Shown here: positions 37,931 to 47,646 of the stretch, piece by piece
How the letters are laid out: each line of letters opens with the position of its first letter
Numbering within the stretch: position 1 is the first letter of the stretch
Source of the DNA: a virus
Length of the DNA: 64,000 nucleotides
Reading direction: 5' to 3' (one strand)
Virus record (IMG/VR): IMGVR_UViG_3300027804_000064
Span: 6,550 to 70,549 of that record
Position numbers and translations under genes: made by a program
The notes under the pieces: model-generated
Seen by the model: the letters and a program-made list of their open reading frames with translations, nothing else
What the model was told of the DNA's origin: nothing
The model's database searches: none

Positions 37931-39808
37931 ATGAGCAAAAAACTAATACTTCTAGACAGTTCAGGACAAGTGGTGTCAACCGAAGAGAATTACGCCATCG
38001 GGGATTTTGTTCCAGTCTCTGGCTTGAACGCTTTGGTGGTGGATTCTTCGATTGAACCGCTGGTGGTTCCCGTTACAGTAACAGAGCAGTCTATTGATGT
38101 AGACGGAGTTCGCACTGGCGGAACCGTGACCCGACTTCTGTCCTTGCAAAACATCTCCCCCATAACAGAGCAGGTACTTACAGGAACGGTATACGGACAG
38201 TTTCAAATCAACGAACAAGCGGTGCAGTCGCAGTTCATTCCTGTGTTGATTAACGGTCTTGCGCTTGGCGGATTGTCCGCGGACTCGTATCTACCCACAG
38301 TGGGAACCATCGGTGTTTCTGGTCCTGAACTGGGAAACAAGTCATTGCAGTTCAAAGGCTCCTACCTTGATACCGACACAAAAGCCGCAGGCGTTCGGTT
38401 GCCTGCGTTTTCTACCACAACAACGCCGTATTTCATGCTGTCGGGATTCCTGTATTTTGAGAATGAGCCAAGCAACAATTACGATCCCATCATTCTTACT
38501 CGCAGCGCAGATGGAGTGAATGCAAGCACAAACGACTCGTTCAGACTTGAATACGACACCAGCAGCAATCAGTTGCAGTTTCACTACTCTACTGCAAGTT
38601 ACGCCAGTGCGGGTTACCAGAACATACTGAATGTGTGCCCTGCGAACGGTGTGACTTTGAACCAATGGCATCAGTTTGCCATTGCGTACTCCAACCAAGG
38701 TGGTTCCGCTTCAATTGCATCGTATTGGAATGGCACTCGTCACGCACAGGCTAGCGGACTCTCTGGAAACATTCGCAACAGCACTGGTTACATGATGTTT
38801 GGCAGTGGTGCATCTGGCGACAAGCCTCTAAAGGGATGGCTTGAACACACTATTCTTAGTGGAGGCGGCGTGTCTCTTGCTCTGCGTGAATTCACTCACG
38901 GAGCGACTGCCCCAGTATCAACAGAGCAGTTTGCTGGAGACTATACGATATACGCTCTGTCCATGAACGGAACTCTTGACACGAGTTACTTTCCTGTTGC
39001 AAACTCAAATCGGGTAGTTTCGACTGTTTCGTGGGACAATCGTTTTGGGTCGCAGATCGGCGTAGGAAACATTGTCCGCGAAACTACATCGGCTGGCGGA
39101 ACTGCTGCCATGTTCACGGGTATTTGCGGAGGTCACGCTGCATCAGGCGGCAGTGCTGGATACTTGTTTGGAGTGAATAGTGGCGCGTGCATGGTGATTT
39201 CTGCTGTTCAAGAAGTTTCTGGTGGAGCAAGCGCAAACTCTCAGATGCGGTCAAGTCTGGCGGATTTTTCTGCACAATATCTTCTAGGATGTTGTGCGAT
39301 GAGCGGAGTGTGTGGAGGTGGTGGAGATTTTCCGCAGTTGCTCTCCGTTGCACAGGTGGGTTTCTGTGGTGACAGATTCTCTTTCTTGCCGATAGACTCC
39401 AATATATCTTCTTTGAGACTGATTTACGATGATTATGTTATAAACGGGAAAACTGGACCTGTAAGTATTGCAGACTACAACGGCACTCTGTATACCTTTG
39501 GTTCTGCTGGCGTGCAGGCACTGTATCAGGATGTAGTTACATACCGAAACACAGCAAACAGTGTTTTTGGATCTGTTAAAACGGCAATTGCGACAAAGAG
39601 CAGCGTAACTGCACTGCGTGAACTGGGTGGTGTGGGCACAGAAGGAACAGTCATTAAACTTGCGCCAGAAATAAGAAAAACTGGATCTTTGCTGTTGAGC
39701 GGCAAGGCAAGGGTCACAGCAAAAACCAATTTCCCAGAAACATACAGTAAAGCCAAGAGTGCAGAGGTTCCGACAATTTCAGATATAGAGCCTTGGGAAG
39801 AGTTTTAA
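37931..39808 (+). CDS. virion protein with LamG-like domain
   Basis: SLQF.G, LNQWH.FAI.Y, Y.NG, .G.......LKGWL motif. Confidence 0.6.
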   Translation: MSKKLILLDSSGQVVSTEENYAIGDFVPVSGLNALVVDSSIEPLVVPVTVTEQSIDVDGVRTGGTVTRLLSLQNISPITEQVLTGTVYGQFQINEQAVQSQFIPVLINGLALGGLSADSYLPTVGTIGVSGPELGNKSLQFKGSYLDTDTKAAGVRLPAFSTTTTPYFMLSGFLYFENEPSNNYDPIILTRSADGVNASTNDSFRLEYDTSSNQLQFHYSTASYASAGYQNILNVCPANGVTLNQWHQFAIAYSNQGGSASIASYWNGTRHAQASGLSGNIRNSTGYMMFGSGASGDKPLKGWLEHTILSGGGVSLALREFTHGATAPVSTEQFAGDYTIYALSMNGTLDTSYFPVANSNRVVSTVSWDNRFGSQIGVGNIVRETTSAGGTAAMFTGICGGHAASGGSAGYLFGVNSGACMVISAVQEVSGGASANSQMRSSLADFSAQYLLGCCAMSGVCGGGGDFPQLLSVAQVGFCGDRFSFLPIDSNISSLRLIYDDYVINGKTGPVSIADYNGTLYTFGSAGVQALYQDVVTYRNTANSVFGSVKTAIATKSSVTALRELGGVGTEGTVIKLAPEIRKTGSLLLSGKARVTAKTNFPETYSKAKSAEVPTISDIEPWEEF

Positions 39809-40072
39809 ATGATTCTCATACATTATGGAACGGACACCACAATACAGATCAACCACAACACATACAGTTTCTCAGATTTTTTGAAACTAGAGCCGAATTA
39901 CTCTGCCCCTCACGGCTTTCATACACGGGTATACGAGCGTGGCGTAAGGCATTTCATCACTGACGGACACAATACTGTGCATCTTTCTCTTGTGGATTGC
40001 GAGTGTGATCGGATATGCAATCGTGAGGGAGAACTTGCCAGACTGATTGCCACGCTTCCCCGTGACGAGTAA
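39809..40072 (+). CDS. hypothetical protein
   Basis: 87-aa ORF abutting the upstream stop and filling the gap before gp13. Confidence 0.6.
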   Translation: MILIHYGTDTTIQINHNTYSFSDFLKLEPNYSAPHGFHTRVYERGVRHFITDGHNTVHLSLVDCECDRICNREGELARLIATLPRDE

Positions 40073-40084
40073 CTTGCAGGTCTT

Positions 40085-40091
40085 CTAAATA
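40085..40091 (+). promoter_or_regulatory. late promoter CTAAATA upstream of gp13
   Basis: Same motif recurs at 14344, 34762, 46984 and 49462 just ahead of gene starts. Confidence 0.7.
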
Positions 40092-40107
40092 CTTCAAAGG
40101 AGACACG

Positions 40108-40872
40108 ATGGCGAAGCCTACCACACGACAGCAATTCAAGGAATACTGCCTACGCGCACTTGGTGCGCCCGTCATAGAGATCAATGTGGACGATTCCCAA
40201 GTGGAAGACCGCATTGACCAGGCTATTCAGTATTTCAATGACTGGAACTCGTTGGGTATGCAGCGGCAGTACTGGAAGTATCAGGTCACGCAGCAGGACA
40301 TCACCAATCAGTACATCAACACAGACAGCCTTGATCCCAACGGACCAAAGATTGCCAATGTGACCCGCGTGTTTCAGATCGGGTTCAACCTACAGATCAA
40401 CAACATCTTCAATATCCGCTACCAGATGGCACTGACGGACTTCTACGGACTCCGCACAGGCAACATGAACATGAACTACTATGTGTCCACCATGCAGTAC
40501 ATTGAGATGTTGCAGCAGTTGTTGGATCCCGAAAAGCAAGTGCGGTTCAACAAGTACGACAACAAACTGCACATTGACATGAACTGGAGCGATTTTGCTC
40601 CAAACCAGTATTTGCTTGTTGAAGGCTTTGCGATCATTGATCCCGAAGAATATTCCGAAGCGTGGAACGATCCCATGCTGAAGAAGTACGCCACCGCGCT
40701 CATCAAACAGCAGTGGGGTGCCAACTTGTCGAAGTACGAGGGCATTCCACTGCCAGGAAACATCACCTTCAACGGTGCGCGCCTGTATGAGGAAGCCACC
40801 ACAGCAATACAGTCCATAGAAGAAGAAGTGCTGCTGAAGTATCAAGAGCCGCCTGACTTCATCACAGGATAA
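40108..40872 (+). CDS. 13: neck protein
   Basis: P.TR...KEYCLR.LGAPVIEINVDD.Q.EDRID.A, LK.YATALIK.QWG.NL.K..G..LPG. Confidence 0.96.
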   Translation: MAKPTTRQQFKEYCLRALGAPVIEINVDDSQVEDRIDQAIQYFNDWNSLGMQRQYWKYQVTQQDITNQYINTDSLDPNGPKIANVTRVFQIGFNLQINNIFNIRYQMALTDFYGLRTGNMNMNYYVSTMQYIEMLQQLLDPEKQVRFNKYDNKLHIDMNWSDFAPNQYLLVEGFAIIDPEEYSEAWNDPMLKKYATALIKQQWGANLSKYEGIPLPGNITFNGARLYEEATTAIQSIEEEVLLKYQEPPDFITG

Positions 40873-40874
40873 CC

Positions 40875-41759
40875 ATGACAGTAAACCCGTACTTTCGCCG
40901 CAACAAGAAGGGAGAGCAGTCCCTTATTGAGTCTCTGACCACGGAGGCAATCAAGATTCACGGTCACGAGATGGTGTACCTTCCGCGAGAGAAGGTCACC
41001 GAAGACCTGATACTGGGCGAAGAAGTCTCGGAGTTCACGGACGCAAACCGCATAGAGATGTATCTTGAGAACGCAGACGGATTTGAAGGCGACTCCGAGA
41101 TGTCTCGCTTTGGACTTGATGTAAAGGACTCTGCGGTGTTCATTGTGTCGCGCAAGCGGTTCATGGATGTCATGGGACACCACCCCGACATTCAGAAGAA
41201 CGGTCGTCCCCGTGAAGGCGACATCATCTTCTTTGACTATCCGTACACCATGTTTGAAATCAAGTTCGTCAAGCACGACAATCCGTTCTATCCTGGCGGT
41301 GATCGGTATTCCTTCAAGTTGAGTTGCGAGGCGTTCAAGTACTCCAGCGAGAAGATCAGCACGGGCGAGTCGGAGATGGATGCGATTATGAACATTGCAT
41401 CGGATTACCTCATCGGCATGACCCTTGGCAGCGGTTCAGGAACATTCACCCTTGGCGAAGAGGTGTACACGGGAACCACTGCCGACAAGCACGCATACGG
41501 TCGGGTCAACGAGTACACCGTTCCTGTTGTTGGTTCCAAGTCTCTGCGGGTCAACAAGCAGGACGGCGTGTTTGAGGTGGGCGACATTGTTGTTGGCTTG
41601 GTCAGCGGTGCGTCCTACGCGATTTCGGGCATATACGAAACAACGGTTCGCGCCACGCACCAAGACCAGCAGGACAACGAGCAGTTGGAACTGGAGCAGG
41701 AGCGCGACAACATCTTTGACTTCACGGAGAAGGATCCGTTCTCGGAGGGTGGATACTAA
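40875..41759 (+). CDS. 14: neck protein
   Basis: NPYF, EQ.L.E.L..E.IKI.G....YLPR, IEMY, RP.EGD.I.F, FEI.FV, DF.E.DPF. Confidence 0.95.
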   Translation: MTVNPYFRRNKKGEQSLIESLTTEAIKIHGHEMVYLPREKVTEDLILGEEVSEFTDANRIEMYLENADGFEGDSEMSRFGLDVKDSAVFIVSRKRFMDVMGHHPDIQKNGRPREGDIIFFDYPYTMFEIKFVKHDNPFYPGGDRYSFKLSCEAFKYSSEKISTGESEMDAIMNIASDYLIGMTLGSGSGTFTLGEEVYTGTTADKHAYGRVNEYTVPVVGSKSLRVNKQDGVFEVGDIVVGLVSGASYAISGIYETTVRATHQDQQDNEQLELEQERDNIFDFTEKDPFSEGGY

Positions 41760-42628
41760 TGTTCACCAATTTCTACAACGGTTCCATTCGCCGCATGGTT
41801 GTGGCTTTCGGCTCACTGTTCAATCAAATATACATTGACAAGGCAGAGAGCGGTGGCACGAAAACCATGCTTGTCCCCATCTCGTATGCTCCGAAGGAGA
41901 AGTACAAGGTGCGGCTTGCAGGCGATCCGAAGTTTCAGAACCCCAACCAGATCGTGCTGCCACGCATGGCGTTTGAGATCACGGGGTATGTGTACGATTC
42001 CGCACGAAAGCGCAACAGTCTTTCCCGTCATGTGGTTCGTCCCACAACATCCAACCCAAGCGGAGTGGACTACACTTTCGCGGAAGTTCCGTACAACATA
42101 GATTTCTCCCTGTACATCTATGTGCGGAACATGGAAGACGGCTTGCGTATCGTGGAGCAGATACTGCCGTTCTTTTCTCCTGAATTCGTGGTCACGGTGA
42201 ATTTTGATGACATCAACAAGAAGGTGGATGTTCCCATCTACCTGAACTCCGTGTCATCCGAGGAAGATTACGAAGGCGATTTTGAAACGCGGCGGTCAAT
42301 CATCTTCACGCTGAACTTCACGATGAAGACCTATCTGTTCGGCGCAAAGAAGAACTACAAGGAAATCCGCGTGGTTCAGGCAGCAATGTGGAACAGCAAT
42401 GTGTTTGACGACACATTCGTGGGTGGAGTCACTTACTATCCAGGAAACACCACCGACACGCCCCACTACGGAAATCTCATTACGGGAATCTGCGGACCGA
42501 GCGGAGCAAGTTCCAACGCAAACGACTACGGTTCGTATGCAAAGGTGTATCAGGCGCAGAGCGGCGGTGGAACCACATACACGACAGGAATGGCTGCTGG
42601 AGGCATTACCGTAGACTGGAATCTTTGA
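41759..42628 (+). CDS. 15: tail sheath stabilizer and completion protein
   Basis: FY...IR..V.AFG.LFN, VPI.Y.PKEK, LPRM.FE, VPYN, IVEQILPFF.P, DYEGDF..RR.I..TL.F. Confidence 0.95.
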   Translation: MFTNFYNGSIRRMVVAFGSLFNQIYIDKAESGGTKTMLVPISYAPKEKYKVRLAGDPKFQNPNQIVLPRMAFEITGYVYDSARKRNSLSRHVVRPTTSNPSGVDYTFAEVPYNIDFSLYIYVRNMEDGLRIVEQILPFFSPEFVVTVNFDDINKKVDVPIYLNSVSSEEDYEGDFETRRSIIFTLNFTMKTYLFGAKKNYKEIRVVQAAMWNSNVFDDTFVGGVTYYPGNTTDTPHYGNLITGICGPSGASSNANDYGSYAKVYQAQSGGGTTYTTGMAAGGITVDWNL

Positions 42629-42638
42629 GAGGTAGACC

Positions 42639-43145
42639 ATGAGTGGATTTGATAATATTGAAAAGGCTCTTGGCGTGGAGCCAAGCAAGCCGCTGACAGG
42701 TGAGGGCGTTCCGTCCACCGCAATCGTTGCGAAAGTTGATCCCGTGCCCCTCACGGACGAACGGCTTGAGAAAGACCTCAAGACGGACTATCAACTGGTC
42801 CGCGACAACCTGAAGGAACTGGTGGACATGGGCAAGAACGCTCTGGACGGCGTGATTCAGGTGGCTCAAGAGGGCGACTCACCCCGTGCCTATGAAGTGG
42901 TAGCCCAAATGATAAAGACGCTTTCCGAAACCAACCGCGAACTCATGGACTTGCACAATCGCGTCAAGACCATCCGCAAGGTGGATCAGAGCGTGACGAA
43001 CAACAGCACCACCAATCAGTCCATCTATGTGGGTTCCACAAAGGAACTACAGGACATCATCAACTCTGCGCGGTCTTCCACAAAGGCGTTTGACAACCGC
43101 CCTGATGTTCGTGATGTGATTGAGAGTGACAAGAACAATGAGTAA
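42639..43145 (+). CDS. 16: terminase small subunit
   Basis: DY...R.NL, A.E..SPRAYEV, NQ.IYVGST.ELQ. Confidence 0.93.
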   Translation: MSGFDNIEKALGVEPSKPLTGEGVPSTAIVAKVDPVPLTDERLEKDLKTDYQLVRDNLKELVDMGKNALDGVIQVAQEGDSPRAYEVVAQMIKTLSETNRELMDLHNRVKTIRKVDQSVTNNSTTNQSIYVGSTKELQDIINSARSSTKAFDNRPDVRDVIESDKNNE

Positions 43146-44808
43146 GAAAAGCACGAAGTACCTTGGCAACTCCAACCTGAAGGCAGCAGGAGTAAATGTA
43201 AACTTCTCGCCCGAGCAGATTGAGGAGTATGTGAAATGCTCCCAAGACCCGCTGTACTTCATCAAGAACTATGTAAAGATCGTGTCCCTTGACAAGGGCT
43301 TGGTGCCTTTTGAGCCGTATGACTTTCAGGAAGACATGATCCGCACCATTCACGAAAACCGCTTCGTGATCGGCAAACTGCCCCGTCAGACAGGTAAATC
43401 CACCACCATCATCGCGTATCTGCTCCACTATGTGCTGTTCAATCAGAGCATGAGCGTGGCGATTCTTGCGAACAAACTCACCACTGCCCGTGAACTGCTT
43501 GGTCGCTTGCAGTTGGCGTATGAGTATCTGCCCATGTGGTTACAGCAGGGCGTGGTGGAGTGGAACAAGGGGTCAATCGTGCTGGAGAACGGCTCCAAGA
43601 TCCTAGCGTCTGCCACTTCATCATCTGCGGTTCGCGGTGGCTCGTTCAACTACATCTTCTTGGACGAGTTTGCGTATGTGCCTCAGAATGTCGCAGAAGA
43701 GTTCTTCTCGTCCGTGTACCCCACCATCACCAGCGGTCAAAGCACGAAGGTCACGATCATTTCAACGCCGAAGGGCTTGAATATGTTCTACCGCTTCTGG
43801 GTGAACGCGAACAAGAAGCCTGGCGAAGAAGGCAAGAACGAATATGTGCCGATGGAGGTGCATTGGAGCGATGTGCCTGGTCGTGACGACAAGTGGAAGG
43901 CACAGACCATTGCAAACACTTCAGAGGAGCAGTTCCGCACAGAGTTTGAGTGCGAGTTTCTTGGCTCCATGCACACCCTTGTGCATCCTGAAAAATTGAA
44001 GTGCATGGTGTACCGCACTCCCGAATACTGGAACAACGAGGGGCTGCGGGTGTATCAGAAGCCGCTTCCCGACCACAAGTACATCACGGTGGTGGACACG
44101 GCACGCGGACAAGGGCTTGACTACCATGCGTACTCCGTGATTGATGTGTCGGCTATTCCGTACCGCGTGGTGGCAACATTCCGCAACAACGAAATGCCGC
44201 CCATGTTGTACCCCAACGCCATCTACCCTATCCTGCGGCAGTACAACAATGCGTACTGCTTGATTGAGGTAAACGACATTGGCGGTCAGGTGGCAGACAT
44301 TCTGCACGATGAATTGGAGTACGACAATGTGGTGTATGTGTCCATGCAGGGGCGCAAGGGACAGGTGGTGAACGGTGGCTTCGGCAGCAAGGGGTCGTCC
44401 ATGAAGGGCGTAAAAACCTCCACCGCAGTGAAGCGCATCGGCTGCTCTATTTTGAAAAATCTGGTAGAAGACACTAAACTCATCGTGGAAGACTTCAACA
44501 CGGTGGATGAGTTCTGCTCGTTTGTGGCGAAAGGCGACTCCTTTGAGGCAGAAGACAACCACCACGATGACTTGGTAATGACTCTGGTGCTGTTTGGGTG
44601 GCTGACCACACAGGCATATTTCAAACAGATCACAGGAAGCGACATTCGCAAAGACCTGTACGAAGACCAAATGAAGGCACTGGAAGAGGAAATGACTCCA
44701 TTTGGGTTTGTGGAAGACGGCAGCCCCACGAATACTTTCACGGACGGCAGTGGAACAGCGTGGCGACTAGGCGCAGGGGAAAACCTAGATATGGGGTGGA
44801 GTTTCTAA
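43138..44808 (+). CDS. 17: terminase large subunit
   Basis: YLGN.NLK, Walker A PRQTGKST, Walker B IFLDEFA, ISTP.G.N, F..EFECEF.GS, HDDLVM. Confidence 0.97.
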   Translation: MSKKSTKYLGNSNLKAAGVNVNFSPEQIEEYVKCSQDPLYFIKNYVKIVSLDKGLVPFEPYDFQEDMIRTIHENRFVIGKLPRQTGKSTTIIAYLLHYVLFNQSMSVAILANKLTTARELLGRLQLAYEYLPMWLQQGVVEWNKGSIVLENGSKILASATSSSAVRGGSFNYIFLDEFAYVPQNVAEEFFSSVYPTITSGQSTKVTIISTPKGLNMFYRFWVNANKKPGEEGKNEYVPMEVHWSDVPGRDDKWKAQTIANTSEEQFRTEFECEFLGSMHTLVHPEKLKCMVYRTPEYWNNEGLRVYQKPLPDHKYITVVDTARGQGLDYHAYSVIDVSAIPYRVVATFRNNEMPPMLYPNAIYPILRQYNNAYCLIEVNDIGGQVADILHDELEYDNVVYVSMQGRKGQVVNGGFGSKGSSMKGVKTSTAVKRIGCSILKNLVEDTKLIVEDFNTVDEFCSFVAKGDSFEAEDNHHDDLVMTLVLFGWLTTQAYFKQITGSDIRKDLYEDQMKALEEEMTPFGFVEDGSPTNTFTDGSGTAWRLGAGENLDMGWSF

Positions 44809-44832
44809 CCCTTTCGTGAATGGTTCAAAATA

Positions 44833-44839
44833 ATACATA
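44833..44839 (+). promoter_or_regulatory. late promoter variant ATACATA upstream of gp18
   Basis: In the gp17-gp18 intergenic region; TACATA variant also at 978-972(-), 22697, 25021, 50581, 53387. Confidence 0.6.
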
Positions 44840-44891
44840 AGAGCAGAAGCGCAGTCAAAAGCATTGACTTCTTCACGAAGGAGAAACACAA

Positions 44892-46979
44892 ATGGCATTT
44901 AGAGTAAGCCCTGGCGTAAGCATCAAAGAGGTTGACCTGACCACAATCGTCCCCGCAGTAGCCACCACACCTGGTGGTTTCGCGGGTTACTTCCACTGGG
45001 GTCCAACGGATGAGATCGTCACCGTGACCCAACAGACCGAACTTGCAAATATTTTCGGCAAGCCGTACAGCGACAACTATGTGGATTTCTTTACCGCAGG
45101 AAACTTCCTGTCGTATGGCAACAACTGTCAGGTTGTGCGCGTGGTTGGCTCCACCGCAAACAACGCCAGTGTCACGAAGGCAGGCGTGTGCTACGCCGCC
45201 GCGTGGGGTTCGTTTGTTGTAAAGAACGAGACAGACTTCAACTCCAGCAGCACCGTAACCACTGCTGCTGCCACCACTCTGTTTGCCGCGAAGTATCCTG
45301 GTGCGCTTGGATCGTCCCTGAAGGTTGTTGTCACCAACGGCACAGGAAACACGGGCGCAACTCTCGCAGGAGCCGCTGCACAGGGAGCCACTTACCTTAC
45401 TCTGCTCACGGGAACAAGCACCGACAAGAAGTACTTCTCCGTGGGTGACGAAATCACATTCTCGGACGGAACATCGGTTGCAGTCTCTGGTCTGCGCCGC
45501 ATTGTAAGCGGAACCACTTCTGCGCCTGGATACGGCGACCGAATCACCGCCACATACAAAGACTTCTTTGACATTACCAGTGGCTACAACGCCGCAACCG
45601 TAAATGTTCCTCTGACCACAGGTCTTTCGGCTCACCACATCTATGTGGAATTGGAGACTCTGCTTCCTGTTGCACAGAGCAGCGATGCTCCCGTGACCAT
45701 CAAGAGCGCATACGCAAAGAAGATTGGCTCCAACGCCACGGTTACCCCATACGCTTCGGATGCTGGCGGCGCAGGCGATCTTGTGAATGTGCTTGTGCTT
45801 GACAAGGACGGGCTGTGGACAGGTACGCAGAACACGCTCATTGAGAAGTTTGAAGGGTTGTCACGCGCATCGGACGCACGCAAGTTTGACGGCAGCAGCA
45901 ACTACTACAAGACCGTTCTGAACGAGCAGTCTGATTATGTGTGGGCACTGTCTGCTGATCTTGCCAACAATGGTGCAAGCGCAGCCACCTTCACGAACTG
46001 GACCGCCATCGGTCCTGCTCTTGCAACTGAAACAGCCGTTGGAGCAGGAGTCAACTCCCTGCACCTCACGGGTGGTTCGGACTCCGCGCCAACGGATTCG
46101 CTCCGTTGGTCACAGGGTTGGAGCAAGTTTGCCGATGCGGACGGAGTGGATGTCTCGCTCCTTCCGATGGGCAACGCTTCGGTCACCCTCGCCCAACTGG
46201 TTGTGCAGAATGTGTGCGAGAAGCGTTTGGACTGCATGGCGTTCGTGTCGCCTCTACAGAACGATGTAGAGAACACCCTGCCGTATGCTGCTCTGAACAA
46301 TATCAAAACCTTCCGTGACAGTGAGTTCAGCCTGAACTCGTCTTACGCGGTGATCGACAGCGGTTGGAAGTACCAACTTGACACCTACAACAACCTTGTT
46401 CGCGTTCTTCCCCTGAACGCCGACATTGCTGGTCTGGTTGCACGCACGGAGTTCACGGACGAGGCTTGGTTCTCGCCCGCAGGCTTCAACCGTGGTCAGA
46501 TTAAGAATGTGGTGAAGTTGGCGTACAACCCCACACAGGAAGCCCACCGTGACGAACTGTACACCCGTCAGGTGAACCCTGTCGTGTCGTTCCCAGGCGA
46601 AGGCACCATCCTGTTCGGTGACAAGACTGCACAGACCCGCCCAAGCGCGTTTGACCGCATCAATGTTCGCCGCCTGTTCATCATTCTTGAGAAGGCAATC
46701 GCCACAGCGTCCAAGTTCTTCCTGTTTGAGCAGAACGATGCGTTCACTCGCGCACAGTTCAAGAACTTGGTGGTTCCCTTCCTCAAGACCGTTCAGCAGC
46801 GGCGGGGCATCACCGACTTCAAGGTGGTGTGCGATGAAACCAACAACACGGGTGAAGTAATTGACCGCAACGAGTTCGTGGCAGACATCTTCGTGAAGCC
46901 CACTCGCAGCATCAACTTCATTCAGTTGAACTTTGTCGCAACCAAGACTGGTGTAAACTTCAGCGAAGTCGGGGCTTGA
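44892..46979 (+). CDS. 18: tail sheath protein
   Basis: SPGV..KEVDLT, F.WGP, A.YPG.LG, WFSPAG.NRG, GDKT...PSAFDRINVRRLF, KP.RSINFI.LNFVAT. Confidence 0.97.
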   Translation: MAFRVSPGVSIKEVDLTTIVPAVATTPGGFAGYFHWGPTDEIVTVTQQTELANIFGKPYSDNYVDFFTAGNFLSYGNNCQVVRVVGSTANNASVTKAGVCYAAAWGSFVVKNETDFNSSSTVTTAAATTLFAAKYPGALGSSLKVVVTNGTGNTGATLAGAAAQGATYLTLLTGTSTDKKYFSVGDEITFSDGTSVAVSGLRRIVSGTTSAPGYGDRITATYKDFFDITSGYNAATVNVPLTTGLSAHHIYVELETLLPVAQSSDAPVTIKSAYAKKIGSNATVTPYASDAGGAGDLVNVLVLDKDGLWTGTQNTLIEKFEGLSRASDARKFDGSSNYYKTVLNEQSDYVWALSADLANNGASAATFTNWTAIGPALATETAVGAGVNSLHLTGGSDSAPTDSLRWSQGWSKFADADGVDVSLLPMGNASVTLAQLVVQNVCEKRLDCMAFVSPLQNDVENTLPYAALNNIKTFRDSEFSLNSSYAVIDSGWKYQLDTYNNLVRVLPLNADIAGLVARTEFTDEAWFSPAGFNRGQIKNVVKLAYNPTQEAHRDELYTRQVNPVVSFPGEGTILFGDKTAQTRPSAFDRINVRRLFIILEKAIATASKFFLFEQNDAFTRAQFKNLVVPFLKTVQQRRGITDFKVVCDETNNTGEVIDRNEFVADIFVKPTRSINFIQLNFVATKTGVNFSEVGA

Positions 46980-47007
46980 TCGCCTAAATAAGACCAAGGA
47001 GTAATCC

Positions 47008-47619
47008 ATGCCCGTAGATCCTACCAACAATATTTCAGGATTTGTAAACGCCTTCGCTGGCGGTGGTGTACGCACGAACCTGTTCCTAGTCACAGGAAAC
47101 ATTCCTGGCTACGCGAACAACCGTGCCATATCGTTCCTGTGCAAGGCTGCACAGATTCCCGCGTCTTCGCTTGGAACTATTGAAGTTCCGTACCGTGGTC
47201 GCCGCATCAAACTGCCAGGCGACCGCTCGTTCCAAGACTGGACCATCACGATCATGTCTGACGCGAACATGAGCCTGCGCTCGGGATTTGAGTATTGGAG
47301 TGCAATTTTCAACTCCCATGTCTCCAACATCACCGCACGCAACTTTATGCAGTTCATGCCCACATGGTCGGTTACCCAACTGTACCGTGACGGCGAAGCC
47401 ATGCGTACATATAACTTCATCGGGTGCTTCCCGAGCGAGGTTGGAGCGATTGACCTGTCCTACGAGAACAACGACAGCATCGCTGAATTCCCCGTGACAA
47501 TCAACTACTCTTGGTGGGAGGCTGCTGCTGGTGCCGCCGTTCCTGCCACGGGAGTAGGTCAGGAGAACATCCAAGCCCTGCTGCAACAGGCTGGAATCAA
47601 TATCGGTTCGGGCTTCTGA
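47008..47619 (+). CDS. 19: tail tube protein
   Basis: GG.R.NLF.V, FLCKAA.IP.S..G.IEVP.RGR..K..GDR.F..WT.T, FP..V..I.L.Y, EF.VT. Confidence 0.95.
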   Translation: MPVDPTNNISGFVNAFAGGGVRTNLFLVTGNIPGYANNRAISFLCKAAQIPASSLGTIEVPYRGRRIKLPGDRSFQDWTITIMSDANMSLRSGFEYWSAIFNSHVSNITARNFMQFMPTWSVTQLYRDGEAMRTYNFIGCFPSEVGAIDLSYENNDSIAEFPVTINYSWWEAAAGAAVPATGVGQENIQALLQQAGINIGSGF

Positions 47620-47629
47620 AGCCCCTTTT
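47610..47629 (+). terminator. possible intrinsic terminator at the end of gp19
   Basis: GGGCTT-CTG-AAGCCC hairpin followed by CTTTT. Confidence 0.45.
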
Positions 47630-47646
47630 GACAGGATTCTTTATTC

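Noticed and set aside
30284-39808. Diversity-generating retroelement acting on fibre genes
   Set aside because: No reverse transcriptase and no template/variable repeat pair were noticed, although a by-eye search could miss a diverged pair or one outside the window.
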